Shown here in pieces: positions 11,826-25,590 of a stretch of 64,000 bases of DNA. The notes below the pieces were generated by a model. The model worked only from the letters and a program-made list of their open reading frames with translations. It was not told the origin of the DNA and did not search any database. The stretch is taken from the NCBI GenBank assembly GCA_964016885.1, contig CAXHJY010000075.1:62001-126000 (forward strand), written 5' to 3'. Numbering within the stretch: position 1 is the stretch's first letter; every line of letters begins with the position of its first letter. Made by a program: the position numbers and the translations under genes. The DNA is from Eledone cirrhosa. Its lineage: Eukaryota.

Positions 11826-14790
11826 TTTCTTTATTGGCCACAAGGGCTGACACGAAGAAAAACATTAGAGACGGCACAGAACAGTACAGGAGGACACAAA
11901 GTGGGTTTTGGTCGTGTAAGCAGGTTATAACAAAATTGGGCTAGCAATAAAAAAAAAAAATTCAAATAACACAAAAATTCCCCAAAAAGGGGAAAACCTC
12001 CGACGGTCACTCGTGGCGAAAACCATACAAAAAGGCCACGACCACCCTGACCACCAGGGAAAGTGCCCTCTCTCAGTTTGCCCACTCCTCAGTCTACAGG
12101 CGCATAATCAGAGCGAGCCCGTTCACTCGGACCAGACTCGTCACTTTCACCCACCTTTCAACAAACTTACTAAAAGGCAGAACTTTCCTCTCCACGCTGA
12201 TTTTCCTCTTCAAGTGATACTTAAAAAAATTAATCAGGGATTGACCGGAGAGGAATGTGTCCGTCAAACCTTTCAACCTTATCCACCACACAATCTCTTT
12301 CGCCATGGCCACCAGGCAGATGAAAACTGCCTGCCCTTCCTCCTCTTTAAAGGAGGATGGCGAGGCCATCTGCACAATGGACTCAGTCGATAACCGGATC
12401 CGTCCTTCACGCGACAGCAGCTGTTCGACATAGTTCCACAAGTCAGCAATCCCCGGGCACTGAACGAGTGCGTGAAGGACGGTTTCTTCGCTCTGCACGC
12501 ATCTCGGACAGGCTCAGCTGACAGCACCTCCGTGCCTGTAGAGCTTATCCCGAACCGGCAACGCTACCCGGTAGCACTGCCAGGCCAGGGATTTCTGGAA
12601 GTTGTCCATAGGCCCTGGTCTGAAAGTTCTCTTGAAGAGAGCAAACAGCTGATCGTCTTCGACGCCCAGTGTCTTCCCGAGAACGTCGTCGCTCTTTCCC
12701 TCCACTAGCCTTTTATAGAACGCCGAGGTGGATGTTCCACCGATAATACTGCCCAGCTGGTAGAGAGCGGTGAACGCTTGGAGACATTCCAGCTTCCAAG
12801 CGTAATCCCTCGGTCTTTTCCTGATCCAAGACTGCAGTTCCGTCAAGGAGACGAGCTGGAGAAAAGCGCGTCTGGCAAACGGCGACCACATCTGTTCACC
12901 GTCAAGGAAGCACCAGAGATGTCGCAGCCTCAGCGCATGTCTGTGTATCATCAGCCACGGCATGCCTAGTCCTCCATCCAACGGGTGTTGACAGCAAATG
13001 GATCGTCTGACCATGGAAGAACGTCCCTTCCAGAAGAAGCGGAAGAGAAGGCGCTCCATTTTGGTCAGAGTTGGGCGGGGGCAAGGTACGACGGTCAGGC
13101 GGTAGCAGATGACGGACGCGATGTACGCATTCGCCACCTCCGCCCTACGTCATATAGACAGCCTCCTCTCGGCCCATTTCTGGGTGAGAGAGGCCACCCT
13201 GCTCGTCACATCGCTCCAGTTTTTTCTGGAGGTCCGGACCAAACCAGACCCCGAGCAATTTAACCGGTCCTTCCGTCCAGCGCCCCACGACGCTGTCGGA
13301 CGGCATGAACTTGTCTCTCCAGGTGCCGAGTTGCAAGCCCACCGAATTTTCCTGGTTCATCGTTGCTGTTTAGTGACCTGAGGTCGTTGAGCAGGTGACC
13401 CTGCTTCCAAGATGACCCCAGGCCACGTACATTTATACTGCCTATTCTAACTACGGCCATGTTGGATGAGAAACGAGGTAAGTAAGAAAGGATCACTTAC
13501 CTTGATCGTGTGGTGAAGGGACAGTAGAACGGTCCCTTTCACTGGTCATGGGTGTTTCCAAGAGGATGTCGGTGTATATCCGCTTGGTAACCGACCCTCT
13601 GAAGTATCCAACTGCGTTGGGGGATTTTTCTTTTAACAGTTTGTAATGTTTTATTTTGATTTCAATTATGTTTATGTTTTTCGGGAGAGTTCTTGGTGTT
13701 GGTGGGGTGTAGTAGTTTTTTTTCTGTGATGTATGTGTGCTACTTTATATGTTGTAAGAGTTCTTTATTTGCCATGTTTATGGCTGTGTACTTTTTGGGG
13801 GAGGGATGATTTTCTTGCTGTTTTCTTGTTGTTGCTGTTGGGTGTATGAGTTTTGTTGTGTTTACGATGTTGGTGTTTTTGGTGATGCTGGTGGTGGTGA
13901 TGGTGATGGTGGTGGTGTTGCTGCAAGTCTCCTGTCAGCCTTTACCCCTCTTTCTATGCCTTCGCTTTTGGAGGGTGAAGCTAAGGGGTTTTTCCTTTTT
14001 TGTTTTTTTTGTGGCAGACCGCTTGCCACTTCCCTCCGGCCTCATACTCCATGTCAGATTCTGTCGCGTCTGGGATGGGTATGAACTCCACGGCTGTTGG
14101 TGGTGGTAGTGGAGCCCGCTACGGCGATTTTGCCGCCGGTGTAGCTACTGCGTCTGTTGGTGTTGTCGCCACTGCTGCCGCTGCTTTAGTTGTCCGTGGC
14201 CTTGGTATGGGTGCCACGGACGTTGTCCTCCTACTCACTGTGGAAGGGTCTTCTGCCTCTGTTGCCTGTCCTGCTCTTGGTAGCAGCGGATCAAGCGTCG
14301 GAAGGAGGGCGGCTCTCTTCTTGGCTAAGGTGACTTTTCTGCCCACAGAGATAGCACTTTGGGCGCCTTCCTTCCACGCTTATAGGGAGTTAGAGCCCTT
14401 CTTCGAGGTCTATGATATTTGGGATGGCTTCGATGCACACCTGGTCAGTCTGTATTAACATTTGCATGCCTATTCCTGACCAGTTCTCTCTTCCCATTCT
14501 CTGTATTCGCAGTATGGTGGTCCTCTCCTCGATTCCAGCAAGTACAGACGCGCCCAGCCAAAGTATGAGCACGTCGAGCGGGACATGGGTCACTTTGACC
14601 CTCACAATTTTCTGCCAGCAGTAAGAGGGCACCAAGACCATCTCCTCACTCTTTAGGGTTTCCAAAGAGTGAGACTTCGCCTCTTGGGAGGTGGCGAAAA
14701 GTACGTGTACTGTGGCGTACTTTTTGTTATCACTGTTGTAGTTGGTTGGATTTTGGTGCCACCGTTGTTGTTTTCGGTGCAATTTGTATT
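11826..14790 (-). mobile_element. Tx1-like retrotransposon with a large internal deletion
   Basis: ORF1 remnant (14782-13500); ORF2 start VRIGSINVRGLG..LLNDLRSLN is fused directly to the post-RT region (KLLGVWFG, GGLGMP, LPVRDKLYRHG, ETVLHALVQC); (ATT)n tail. Confidence 0.88.
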
Positions 14791-14806
14791 GTTGCTGTTG
14801 GTGTTG

Positions 14807-14846
<40 letters not shown>

Positions 14847-14847
<1 letters not shown>

Positions 14848-16090
14848 GTTTAACGTCCATCTCCTACGCTAGCATGGGTCTGGACGTGATTGTCCCACTT
14901 GAGGCAAGATTGGTCGTCTCGCTCGTATAGGACTGTCTGGCAGGTTTTCTACAGCTGGATGCCCTTCCTAACACCAACCACGTTTACAGTGTGGACAGGA
15001 AGGTTTTTACCGTGTTACCTACACGGCCACATTACAGCGTGGACTGTGTTTTTTTTTTTTCGTGACACCTAGACGACCTCATTTATTTAGGACTGGATGT
15101 TATGATACCAACATAACTTTACAGAGAAGAGGGTGGTGTTGATGGGGGAGTTGGTGTAGTGGGAGGGGGTGTATATTTGATTAAGAGGTGCCTACTGACT
15201 GTAGGTTTCGCTTTGTACTTAGGCAAGGCGGGTTTTCTGTATTACTGTGTAGCGTCAAAGATCTCGGTCCAGCGACATTGTCTTGGAGTGGTGTAAGTGT
15301 GTAAGGTCGGAATTTATCAAGTCGTCCCAGGTTTTTCTGGGTCTGCCTACTCCGTAACTTCCGTCAATTTTGATCGCTCTGCACATTTTTATACAGCTGT
15401 CGTCTTTCATGCACATCACGTGGCCATACAACGTAGTCTTCTCTTGAGTAAACAGCATCTGATCCCTCTTATACCTAATTTCTCACTTAGTTCATTTATG
15501 CTTTGCTGTTCACATATATTACTATTATGCATCCAGCGGAGCATGCATGCTTCCTTCCTCTCCAGTCTGCGCAGATCCTCTGCACACAATACCCAGGTCT
15601 CACTGCCATGTAACATAGCTGTTCGTATGCAGGCATCATACAATCTGCCTTTCCTTTTTAGAGAGAAACTTTTAGTGGCCAATAGTGGTATAAGCTCTCT
15701 GAACTTTTACCATTCCTTTCTGACTGGCTACTGTACTTTCTGAGCACCCTCCACCACTGCTGTTTTTGTCACCCAGGTAACGGAAGGTGTCCACTATTTC
15801 TATAGAGCCATCTGGGCAATACAAGGAGCTAGTATCGTGTGGGCACTTGCTACTTATTGCACATGAGCACCGGCCACTTATAAAATCTACGTTCTTAGAT
15901 AGCTTACCTGTGATCCCACTACATCTTTTATGCATCCATACTTTGCATTTGGGACATAAAATGGAATTTCTGCCTACTCCTTTCCTACACACTGAGCATG
16001 GCCATTTCTCAGAGGGGACCTGTGCCCTATTTTCCTTCCTACATACTAGAACTTTAGTCTTAGACAAGTTAACTTTAAGGCCTTTTGATT
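14847..16090 (-). mobile_element. RTE-clade LINE 3' fragment with 3' UTR
   Basis: KTKVL..WPCSVCRKGVGRNSILC..C..WMHKRCSGI, FRYLGD, KGRLYDACIRTAMLHGSETW, GRPRKTW; (GAT)n tail next to 14810-14846. Confidence 0.85.
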
Positions 16091-16556
16091 CTGTCGTTGT
16101 TTATTTTCTTGTTAGTGGTGTTAATATCGTTGTTGCATTTGTTGTCATTTTTTTCTGTTGTCTGTATTTTGTTGACGCTGTTATTGTTGTAGTTGGTGTG
16201 GTAATTTTTTCAAAATTAGTCTTCTCAGTGTTGTTGTCTTTGTTCACGTTGTTTGTGGTGGTGTTTGTTGTATGAATTTCACTAACCCTCCTCTCAACTT
16301 TTAGGCCGTTGTCACACGGCAGCAGACATATTGTTGGGGGCGTGGCTCAGCCATGTTTTTTTTTTTAATCATTTTTTTTTAAAGTAAAATGTTCAAATAT
16401 TTGGGCCAAAAGGCCCAAATATTATACTTTCCCCTTCACAGGGCAAAGTCCAAGGGCTTATATCCATTACACGGCAAGAAATATTTAACAACAAATAATT
16501 TTAACAGGCAAATAAAGCGAGTTACTGGGAACGAGCAAAAGACGTCCGATTAGACC

Positions 16557-16557
<1 letters not shown>
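16090..16557 (-). mobile_element. Probable 5' end/ORF1 start of another Tx1-like element
   Basis: Begins next to (ATT)n; A-run then ATG and Thr/Asn-rich coding, like 4369-4900. Confidence 0.4.
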
Positions 16558-16599
<42 letters not shown>

Positions 16600-16620
16600 T
16601 TAATAATAATAATAATAATT
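16557..16620. repeat. (AAT)n microsatellite
   Basis: Direct reading. Confidence 0.95.
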
Positions 16621-16862
16621 GTTTCTACTTTTGGCACAAGGCCAGCAATTATCCAGTACATTACTGGTACTTTATTTTATCGACCCCGTAAGGATGAAAG
16701 ACAAAGTTAACCTCAATAATTGTCTCTACTTTAGGCACAAGGCCAGCAATTACCCAGTGCATTACTGGTACTTTATTTTATCGACCCCGTAAGGATGAAA
16801 GGCAAAGTCAACCTCGGCGGGATTTGAACTCAGATCGTAAAGGGACGTAACTATGCTGGAAC
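16620..16862 (-). mobile_element. Two tandem partial SINE copies
   Basis: Reverse complement of the dominant SINE, twice. Confidence 0.85.
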
Positions 16863-16881
16863 CTCAATAATAATAACAATA

Positions 16882-17118
16882 ATGTCTATAAAAACATTTG
16901 AAAAATTGGGCAAGTATAAAAACCTAGATATAGAGATTGGAAAAATGTGGAAGTTGAGAACTAAAACAATACCAGTGGTTGTAGGTGCTCTAGGAATGAT
17001 ACCTAAGGGGTCTAATGATTACTTATCCCAAATCCCAGGAAACCCCTATATAGAAGAAATTCAAAAGATAGTACTAATGGGAACAGCCCATATACTAAGG
17101 AAGATTCTGTCAATATAA
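16882..17118 (+). mobile_element. R4/Dong-like RLE LINE extreme 3' fragment
   Basis: KLGKYKNLDIEIGKMW..IPVVVGALG..IQKIVLMGTAHILRKILSI. Confidence 0.8.
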
Positions 17119-17289
17119 ATACATCACAAGTCTAAACACCTAAAGATGCAGCCTCATGCTGCAGCCGCAGCTGAAAAAGCATCTGAATTATTCACCATTG
17201 ACATACAAAAAATGACGACCACTTGATGTAAACCACCAAATCAATAAAGCGGCAAAACACAAGAGCCGAAACAATTGTTCCGCCTGAGG

Positions 17290-18330
17290 TGTTGGCGACA
17301 AAAGAAAAAAGATTTTGATCCACAGAACTATATCTATAAAATCGAGACGGTCAAAAATGGCACCACAAAGTGAGTGTGAAAGAGCACTGAAAAACTATAT
17401 GACCTGTGTAGAGCATATAGCAGGATAACAGTAATGCGCGGGCATTTCAGAGCTCTTCAAAACCAAAGAACTGGTCGTCAAGCATTCGGTGGTCCTCGGT
17501 TGGACAGACGAATTCGTGTTGTACCCTTCCTACTAAAGAAGAAGAACTGCAAGTGTCAGAATCATCGGCATCCCGTCAAGATTGGACATCTGATAGATCT
17601 TAGCCTGTGTGGAATGAGAGAGTAGTGACAGACTCTTGGAAGTCAGGCGTTCCATGGGGGTACACTGGTAGGGATATGTGTAAAACTCCTACTACTTATC
17701 AAACCAGAAAAGCTAGAAAGCATTCCTGACCCCATACACCTGCCGGATGGCATAGCTCTAAACGTGAGTGGGAAAATACGTTGTCATTTGTGTTGAGAAA
17801 CAAACCAGCTGAAAGCATTTTGCCTTCAACCGAAGATGGAAAACCACAGGACCCCCTTGCTACCAGCACAGGACTCCAAATGCAGTAACAACAACAACAA
17901 CAACAACAGCTAACAACACCAATAGCGACATCGACCTCGGCAGCATCAGCAACGTCAACAGCAAAACCAACTACCACAGCAGCAACTGAAACACCAGAAA
18001 CAACAACACCACCAACAGCATCAGCACCAATAGCACACGCACCAGCACCAGCACCAGCAAGACCAACAACACCAACAATGACCAGAACCATAAAAACCTC
18101 CAAGAGGGTCTCCAAACAAAGCTGTTCCTCTCCCTCTCTTTTTCCACCCACTCTAACGCACACAGACACAAAGACACAAACATAGTCAGACGCAAGCACC
18201 TCTTCATCTCCCAATAAAGGAGTAGTGGAACCACAAAACCAAAAGAACAAAACAAGAAGAATGACAAAAAATCAAACAAAATACTCTGTCATACCAAAAC
18301 ACTCTGCCATACACCACCATATGATCGATA
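17290..18330 (+). pseudogene. Decayed Tx1-like ORF1
   Basis: KLESIPDPIHLPDG...RCHLC*ETNQLKAFC, homologous to the knuckle region at 5565-5720. Confidence 0.55.
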
Positions 18331-21300
18331 TAACCTGGCGTTAGTATCATTGTGGTGACTGGCAAAACCAAGATGAAAGTAACGTCAGACTGCCATAGGG
18401 AAACCAGCTACTGATAAGTAATCGATTAATTTAACCCCAGTAAGAGATTTGTATCGGTACTTTTTTTTTAATCAGTCTCGGAAGGATGAAAGGCTAATTA
18501 AACCACAGTGTTATTTGCATGCAGAATGTAAAGAAGTGGAACAATTATCCCAAAGTATTTTCTCCGACACTTTAATTATTCTGTAATCAACCACCAACAT
18601 CTACTAATATAATAGCCTTGTGTATTTGCCCGTAGAGATGACTGAGGAAGGAAGAGGTGATTACGTCGACTGAGGAAGGAAGAGGTGATTACATCGACCG
18701 AGGAAGGAGGGGGTGAGAAACTATAGATGTCCAGTGTTCTAAGATTCATCACAGCTGTGTCTTTGTATGTTAGTATCACTTGTGTGAGTGACCGCAAAGG
18801 AACCAACCAACCAACAAACAAACATCTTTTTTATATTATGTATAGATTTTACAATTAGCCGTCATTTTTTTACGACACGTAGACAGCTAGTTCATTATAT
18901 AATAACCTACACAACACCTACTCTACATAAAGACACCCCTATAAAAATACACAATACATAATCTTATATAAATTATACCTAACATCATATATACACTCGT
19001 GTATCTGTGTTTGTGAATATGCCCCGTATCTCGGTGGTACTACAAAAAAGTGATCGATAAAATAAGTATCAGCCATTAAAATAAAGGTACTGCAGCCAAC
19101 TAGAAACCCACTGAAGTGGTACCCCAGCATGGTTGCAGTGTAATGACGGAAACAGTAAAATGATACGTTTGTTGTGCCAAGAGGGTGGTTTGAGGAAGGT
19201 AGCTACATCTAACGTGGTAGTTTTAACAATAAAACTGTCACTTCCTCCAAATCGAATTATTTTTCTTGAGAAATATAATGACAAATGTGTAGGTGTTAAT
19301 TCGGATAAGACTAATAATTCTATGGTGCAATGCAGCAGTCAAGTGGAAAACGGTATCGCTAGAAACGACCGAAACAATAACATCAACAATAACAACAACG
19401 AAAGTGGCAACAACAATAAACAAGAAAAGACATCGCATTGGAAGGTGAAAAATATTTTGAAATGCCAGCGTCGAAAAGATTAACACGGAAATGGTTGAGA
19501 ATATTAGAAAAAAATGGAATGAAACAAGTGGCTCCAACATCATCTACAAAAGAGAAAACAACAACACCAATTACTGCAATATAAACAACATGAATAAAGA
19601 AGAAAACTATAACAGAAACAGCAGTAAAACCATGTAATGTAACTCTTTTGTAAGAGACATTGACACCTGAAGGAAAACATGCTTCAGTTAAAAAGAGAAC
19701 ATATGAGATGATTAACATATGATATAAAAATAACATCTATGGTGATAATGCTACTAGGCACAGTCGGGGTGCATAGACAGAATTTTTAAAAATGAAAAAC
19801 CTTTGCCCTTATTCATAAAAAAAATATAAGTATTATGAATCAGTAGAAGCCTCGTTGTGAAGTGAGAAAGAAACGACCACATCTTAACTAACTAATGTGT
19901 CTCGAGAGAATTTCTACCTATGTGTGTGTTTTGCTCTACCAAAGTGACGATTCATCATGTGACACCAAACTTGAATCAGCGGATTTACGAGTTAATGGTA
20001 GAAAAATATGTGAAAGGAATAGACTAGGAAATATATATGGGAATTTGACTGGAAGATCAGGTGCTAATTGTACCTGGAAACTTTTTAAGATATTTAGATC
20101 AGTTCCATATTGAAGACATTAAAATTATTATAGTAGAGAGCAGAAGATGAAAGGGTTTTAATTGTGGCAACATTAAACGTCTCCCAATTTTCTGTCTCTT
20201 CCTAGAGTAGCAATTACAAAACAAAATGTCAATGGCACCAACACCAAAATAAAAAAAAAAAAAAAAAATCAACAACAAATCAGTGTTAACAGTGATAATT
20301 ACATAAAGGAACAGCAAAAGCAAACTGCTAAAAGTTGTTGCATTCCTGATGAGTACTCCCCCTCAAACATCAAAAATATGAAATTTCCATGGACATCTTA
20401 GCCTTCCTCAAGCATCTTATCTAACGATAAAATGAATGAGAATGTCTTTTTTGATCGGGTTCAAAATTTGAAAGATCTTCAAAATCTGAAAGTTTGGAAG
20501 GCTCAAAGTAAATAAAGAGCAAATAGGAATAGTTAAAGCCGCAACTATCAACAGCAGCAACAATGATCCCAAGAACAGTAACAACATGAACAAAAGCAAC
20601 AAACTCTCCTAAAATCGGCCATCTTTCACTAAAGGGCGCTGGGAAAGTTCATAAGATCACAAATACTACTAAAAAATGTAGAAATAGATTTGGAAGAGAT
20701 TGAAATACTCTTGAAAACTGCAAAAACAAACACCTGGTGAGAAAAACATAAGACATTTATAGAACATTGAAGATGATTACACTAAACTTATGGCCCAAAA
20801 CACTAGAATGGTGAGTAATTTAGATGACTCAAACTCACCATGAACCCCAATACAAATTATAAGTTATAAGGTTTATTTCAAGTTCGGTTGGAACAACATT
20901 GAGAGTAGAATGTTTATAAAACACATGGCCAGTGAGCGGTGTTTGAAAGCAGAGTCACTTGTTGAATTACCTCAAGTCACAAAACTTAGTGACATCGGAA
21001 TTTTGAAGACGCGCACACTTGTGACCAGGGTTTATGCCTCGTACGATCAAGCTAGATCAAGTGTGATGGCAGTGTTTCTCGGAAAGATATGAATCTCCAG
21101 ATGAAATTGATTTTTCCGGGTTTGAATGATAGGCCAGCATTTTTAGATGTGTGTAGCGGCAAAGACGTTGCATTGTAGCTGGTGATCATTCCTCACTGTC
21201 TTATATAGTAGGTATCGAATGGATTTCCCATATGAGCTAAGGTGGGTTTGCTCAAAACGCAAAATGTCCTATAGGACGTACTTAGAGTTTTCGTTATGCT

Positions 21301-22165
21301 AATAGATAATCATAATTTAGGGTGTTTATAGTTTGGGGGTTAGTCGCGAACATAATTAGAGGAGAACATTATTACAGGAAGCTAGATGGTTTGTTTCTAG
21401 TGTAGCAAGCAATAGTGCTACTTTATCGCAATGGAGTAATTTTGTCGTGCTTGGTCAGTCGCCAGCCCTTAAGGTTGGTGGCGTAGGAATACTAAGAACG
21501 ACTTCCGCCCAGCAGTCGATTTCGCGTCTAATTATCAATTCTCTGACAATTACGTTTGGGATCTTCTACTGAGCAGTACTGTGTAATTCGCTTCCTGATT
21601 TTCTTGATCTTGCCCTCTAAAGCCGAGAGTAATCTCGATATATAACTCTGCGGAGAATTACATTTATCGTTCAACTTGATTATGCGATATGTTTGCAGCT
21701 CTTCACTTGCCTTGTACTTGTATTAATATGAAGAAGAAAATAAATCTTTATTATGTTTTGAAATATGCCTTCTGATCTTTTCCGCTACCATGGAATATAA
21801 ATATCATTATTACATCTCCATTTTCCTGAAGTAGTAATCACTACTAACATACAAGTCCAACATAGAATTGCTACCTTTATGAATTATACCGTTGAGAATA
21901 TCTCTTGAACGCCTTTCTGCTACCATTACAACAAAAGTACTTATTACTAAACCAGCATTATAAGAAACAGAGACTGTATTAGCTAGTTAGATAACCCGAA
22001 ATGGTCAAATATCATGTGTTAGATGGACGGGTAAAATTAGTCACTTAGTTTCTCTGAGGAACTAGTGCTAGAGAATATTCTAAATAGTAATTCTGAAGAC
22101 TCGGAGAGGCTATTAGGAAAGGCATCGCATACAAAGACATCTTAACACTTCCACATATCAATAAT

Positions 22166-22350
22166 TGTTTCTACTTTAGGCACAAGGCCAGCAATTACCC
22201 AGTGCATTACTGGTACTTTATTTTATCGACCCCGTAAGGATGAAAGGCAAAGTCAACCTCGGCGGGATTTGAACTCAGATCGTAAAGGGACCTAACTATG
22301 CTGGAAAGCATGGCGTCCGACCCTCCACCGATACTGCCAATCCACCGCCC
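22166..22350 (-). mobile_element. Full-length SINE with ~12-bp target-site duplication (catatcaataat)
   Basis: The duplicated sequence flanks both ends. Confidence 0.88.
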
Positions 22351-23219
22351 CATATCAATAATGTCCCTCGATCATTTCTCCAATCGAAACATACCGATTG
22401 CCTTGTCCGTATTAAGGTGCCTGCGTGAGAGAACATAGGCCATTCAACTTACCTGAATGGCCAAGGTGCAGCGTCGCAACAAAGCCTCATTTTGATCTTT
22501 GATAGATCACAATATATGCGTGTTATCCGACTCACAGTAGGGGTATGTAGTTTTCTTTACTTTTTTTTATTTTTATTTATTTATTTTATTACATTTTTTT
22601 GTAGAACTTTACTGATATGTTCATGATGAGCAGTGGACAAAACGTCTGCAATGTCACCGTAAGAAAAAACAACATATGATAAAATGTTGGCTAGCAAACA
22701 ATTCCTCATATTTCAAAGCCTATGTAGTACGAGAAAAATGCTCATAGAACCTGTTATCACATTAAGTACCACAGAGATCCCTTCTCTCATCCATTCTCTT
22801 CAAATTCTACATACACAACAAATTCTACGTATACAAAATTCCCACACTTCCACAAAACATACACGCAGCCTCTGATGCATATAACATCACACTCACATCC
22901 TTTCACTATCATGCTGAAGACTCTGTTGCATGACTACACCATCGCTATATAAATCACCTAGAAACGTGTCTCCTCCACAAGGATAGACATAAAAGTAACA
23001 CCTATCAAATCAATGTTTTCCTTCTTACTAGTAACACCTCACCTGAGAACATCAACTATGATACAACCACCTTAACAACAACAATTATTTCCCTCCTTAT
23101 CAACAACACCTGAGAATATCAAATACAACCAGTCATCTGATTCAACAATATAAACACAGCACATACAGAGGATAAAAACATTTTTACAACTCTTCCACAA
23201 CATACCCAACACTCATAGA

Positions 23220-23690
23220 AAGCAAACTGGAAAAGTCGTTAACGCTTAAGAGAAAATGTTTTGCTGTATTTGTTCTGGCTCTCTGCGCACTGAGTTTAAA
23301 TCATGCCGAGGTCAACTTTGCTTTTCGGCCTTTCCGGAGTCAATAGAATAATTATTTCTACTACAGGCACAAGGCCATCAATGGGGGGGGGGGGTAAAGT
23401 CGATTAAATGAATCCCAGTGCATTACTGGTACTTTATTTTATCGACCCCGTAAGGATGAAAAGCAAAGCAGAATTTGAACTCAAAATGTAAATGGCCGTA
23501 ACACTCTGCCACAAAGCAGGATATCTGACGCTCTACCTATACTGCGCACACACCGGATTCAAAAGAATAATGCTAATTCATGGTAGTGAATTGTCGGAAT
23601 TCTGCAATTGTTAGAGCGCCGGACGAAATAGTTTGTGATATTTGTTCCGCCTTTTTTACGTTCCGAAAACAAACCCCGCTGTGATTTACT
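23220..23690. mobile_element. Cluster of diverged SINE copies in both orientations
   Basis: Partial matches to the dominant SINE at ~23220-23350 (+), ~23355-23540 (-) and ~23580-23690 (+). Confidence 0.65.
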
Positions 23691-25348
23691 TAGATGGTAG
23701 ATTCAATAAGTCGCCCGTGTTAACACCACCACCTGTTCTTAGGTGCCTTTAGTAGAATCCATTCTGCTGCAAGCATTCTGACCTAGTCAGTTTTAGAATG
23801 CTTTTTGCTCTTTCTTCCGTTTCAGTGACCCTGAAAAGCGTTTTGGTCACTCTCATGGCAAATTTTAAAACATACTAAACGGGGCAAAAAATACTCAGAG
23901 CAATCACAAATACCACATTTGACCAACAAAAAGAAAGGAACAGTAATAAACACGTAATACACTAGATTCATCATGAACAATGCTAGTCCTTCCAAGGCTT
24001 CTAATCTATTCAGTGCCGCATTTAGGACAAATAAGATCCTGTGCTAGTTAAGTTATGAGGCCCTTTACTTGGGCCCTGAAGGAGGTAAAATCTTTTTGGT
24101 AGCAAGATGCCCTACCCCTGGCCAACGGGGCTCTGTTCTTAAGCACACCTAAGCACTATGGTAAATCTGGCACTGAATCTATCCACAACAAACCACAGTA
24201 AAACACTCGCAAGTCACCTGCACGATGAAAACAAATTCTAAAAATGAAACGAAAATATCACCTGTAAACACCCAGACAAACACATATAAAGCATTCTAAA
24301 AACACTATTTCTCCTACTCAGTAAGGACAAGCATAAGAGAGACAGATCATACATACAGAAATAACTGTAACATTAATATCTTCATTGCTACCAAACATTA
24401 TGGTGAAATGTGAATAACCAACAATATGTGAATGCATATGGCTTAGTGGCTAGAGAATTGGATTTGCAATCATAAGGTTGAGACTTCGATTTGCGGACTG
24501 GGCGATGCTTTATTTCATGTTGCAAGGCACTTTATTTCGCGCAGCTCTTTCTACGAGGAGTTATGATCAGTAGATAGTATAGTATCAGCTATGAAAATGG
24601 AAATATTATTTCCTTGGTCGGTAAGCGATTGAGGTCAGGGATCTTTTCGATCGATTACAAAAAAACAAAAAAAAAACAAAAAAACAAGGAACAACAACCA
24701 TCATCTTCTGACTTATTCCAGCTGAGTCCGTCTCCGCGTGTGGTGGGATCGTGTTTTTAGTTACTGACACAGTTAAATGCTACATCATTCCTGTGCTAAA
24801 TATCATCATGGAAATCTGGGGCAGAAATTTGTAAACAGAATAAAATAAAGCAAAATACACAGTAAAATGAAGAAATATATTAGTTTAATGCTTGATATAG
24901 AAAGAAAAGTGTCGTCATATTTCGAAGACTCATCTTTCACCAGAAAATAAAATGAGAAATAAATAAATAGAAAGATGGAGAGTGAAAAAGGGAAGGAAAG
25001 GAAAACTTTGGGATATAGATATGATTTCTCCCAAATGAAACAGTTCTAGTCCTGTAGAAGCTATTTCTATATTAAATATATATATATATTTATTAAAATA
25101 ACAGATTAAAGTTTAAGCAAAGAATCGCTGTTTTCACCATTAACAGGATCTTCTGAAACTTTTATATATTTATTTATATATTTATGTATATATATTATCC
25201 TTATCGGGCCCTCGTCGGATTTTAGTCTTCACATCTATTATTACCATTGCCTTTCATCCTTATGGGGTCGATAAAATAAAGTACCAGTAATACACTGAGT
25301 AATTGCTGGCCTTGTGCCAAAAGTAGAAACAATTATTATTATTATTAT

Positions 25349-25404
<56 letters not shown>

Positions 25405-25459
25405 GTGTGTGTGTATGTGTGTGGGTGTGTCAATTAAGGGTTTATTAGTCTCTAAGGGA

Positions 25460-25590
25460 AGGCGTGTGGCTGATTGGTTAGAGAACTGGGTTCGCAATCG
25501 TGAGGTTGTCAGATCGATTCCTGGACCAGGCGATGCGTTATGTCCTTGAGCAAGACACTTTATTTCACGAAGCTCCTTCTACCTGCAGTT
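25460..25590 (+). mobile_element. Second tRNA-derived SINE family (related head at ~24435-24545)
   Basis: tRNA-like A/B boxes tggctgattgg...gatcgattcc followed by ccttgagcaagacactttatttcacg. Confidence 0.7.

Noticed and set aside
19133-20850. Asn/Thr-rich ORFs, possibly old ORF1 remnants
   Set aside because: No diagnostic motif recognisable
20880-22140. Possible old PLE and a CTGAGGA...GAAA motif near 22053-22130
   Set aside because: No convincing protein motif; stems I/III and the NUH site do not form
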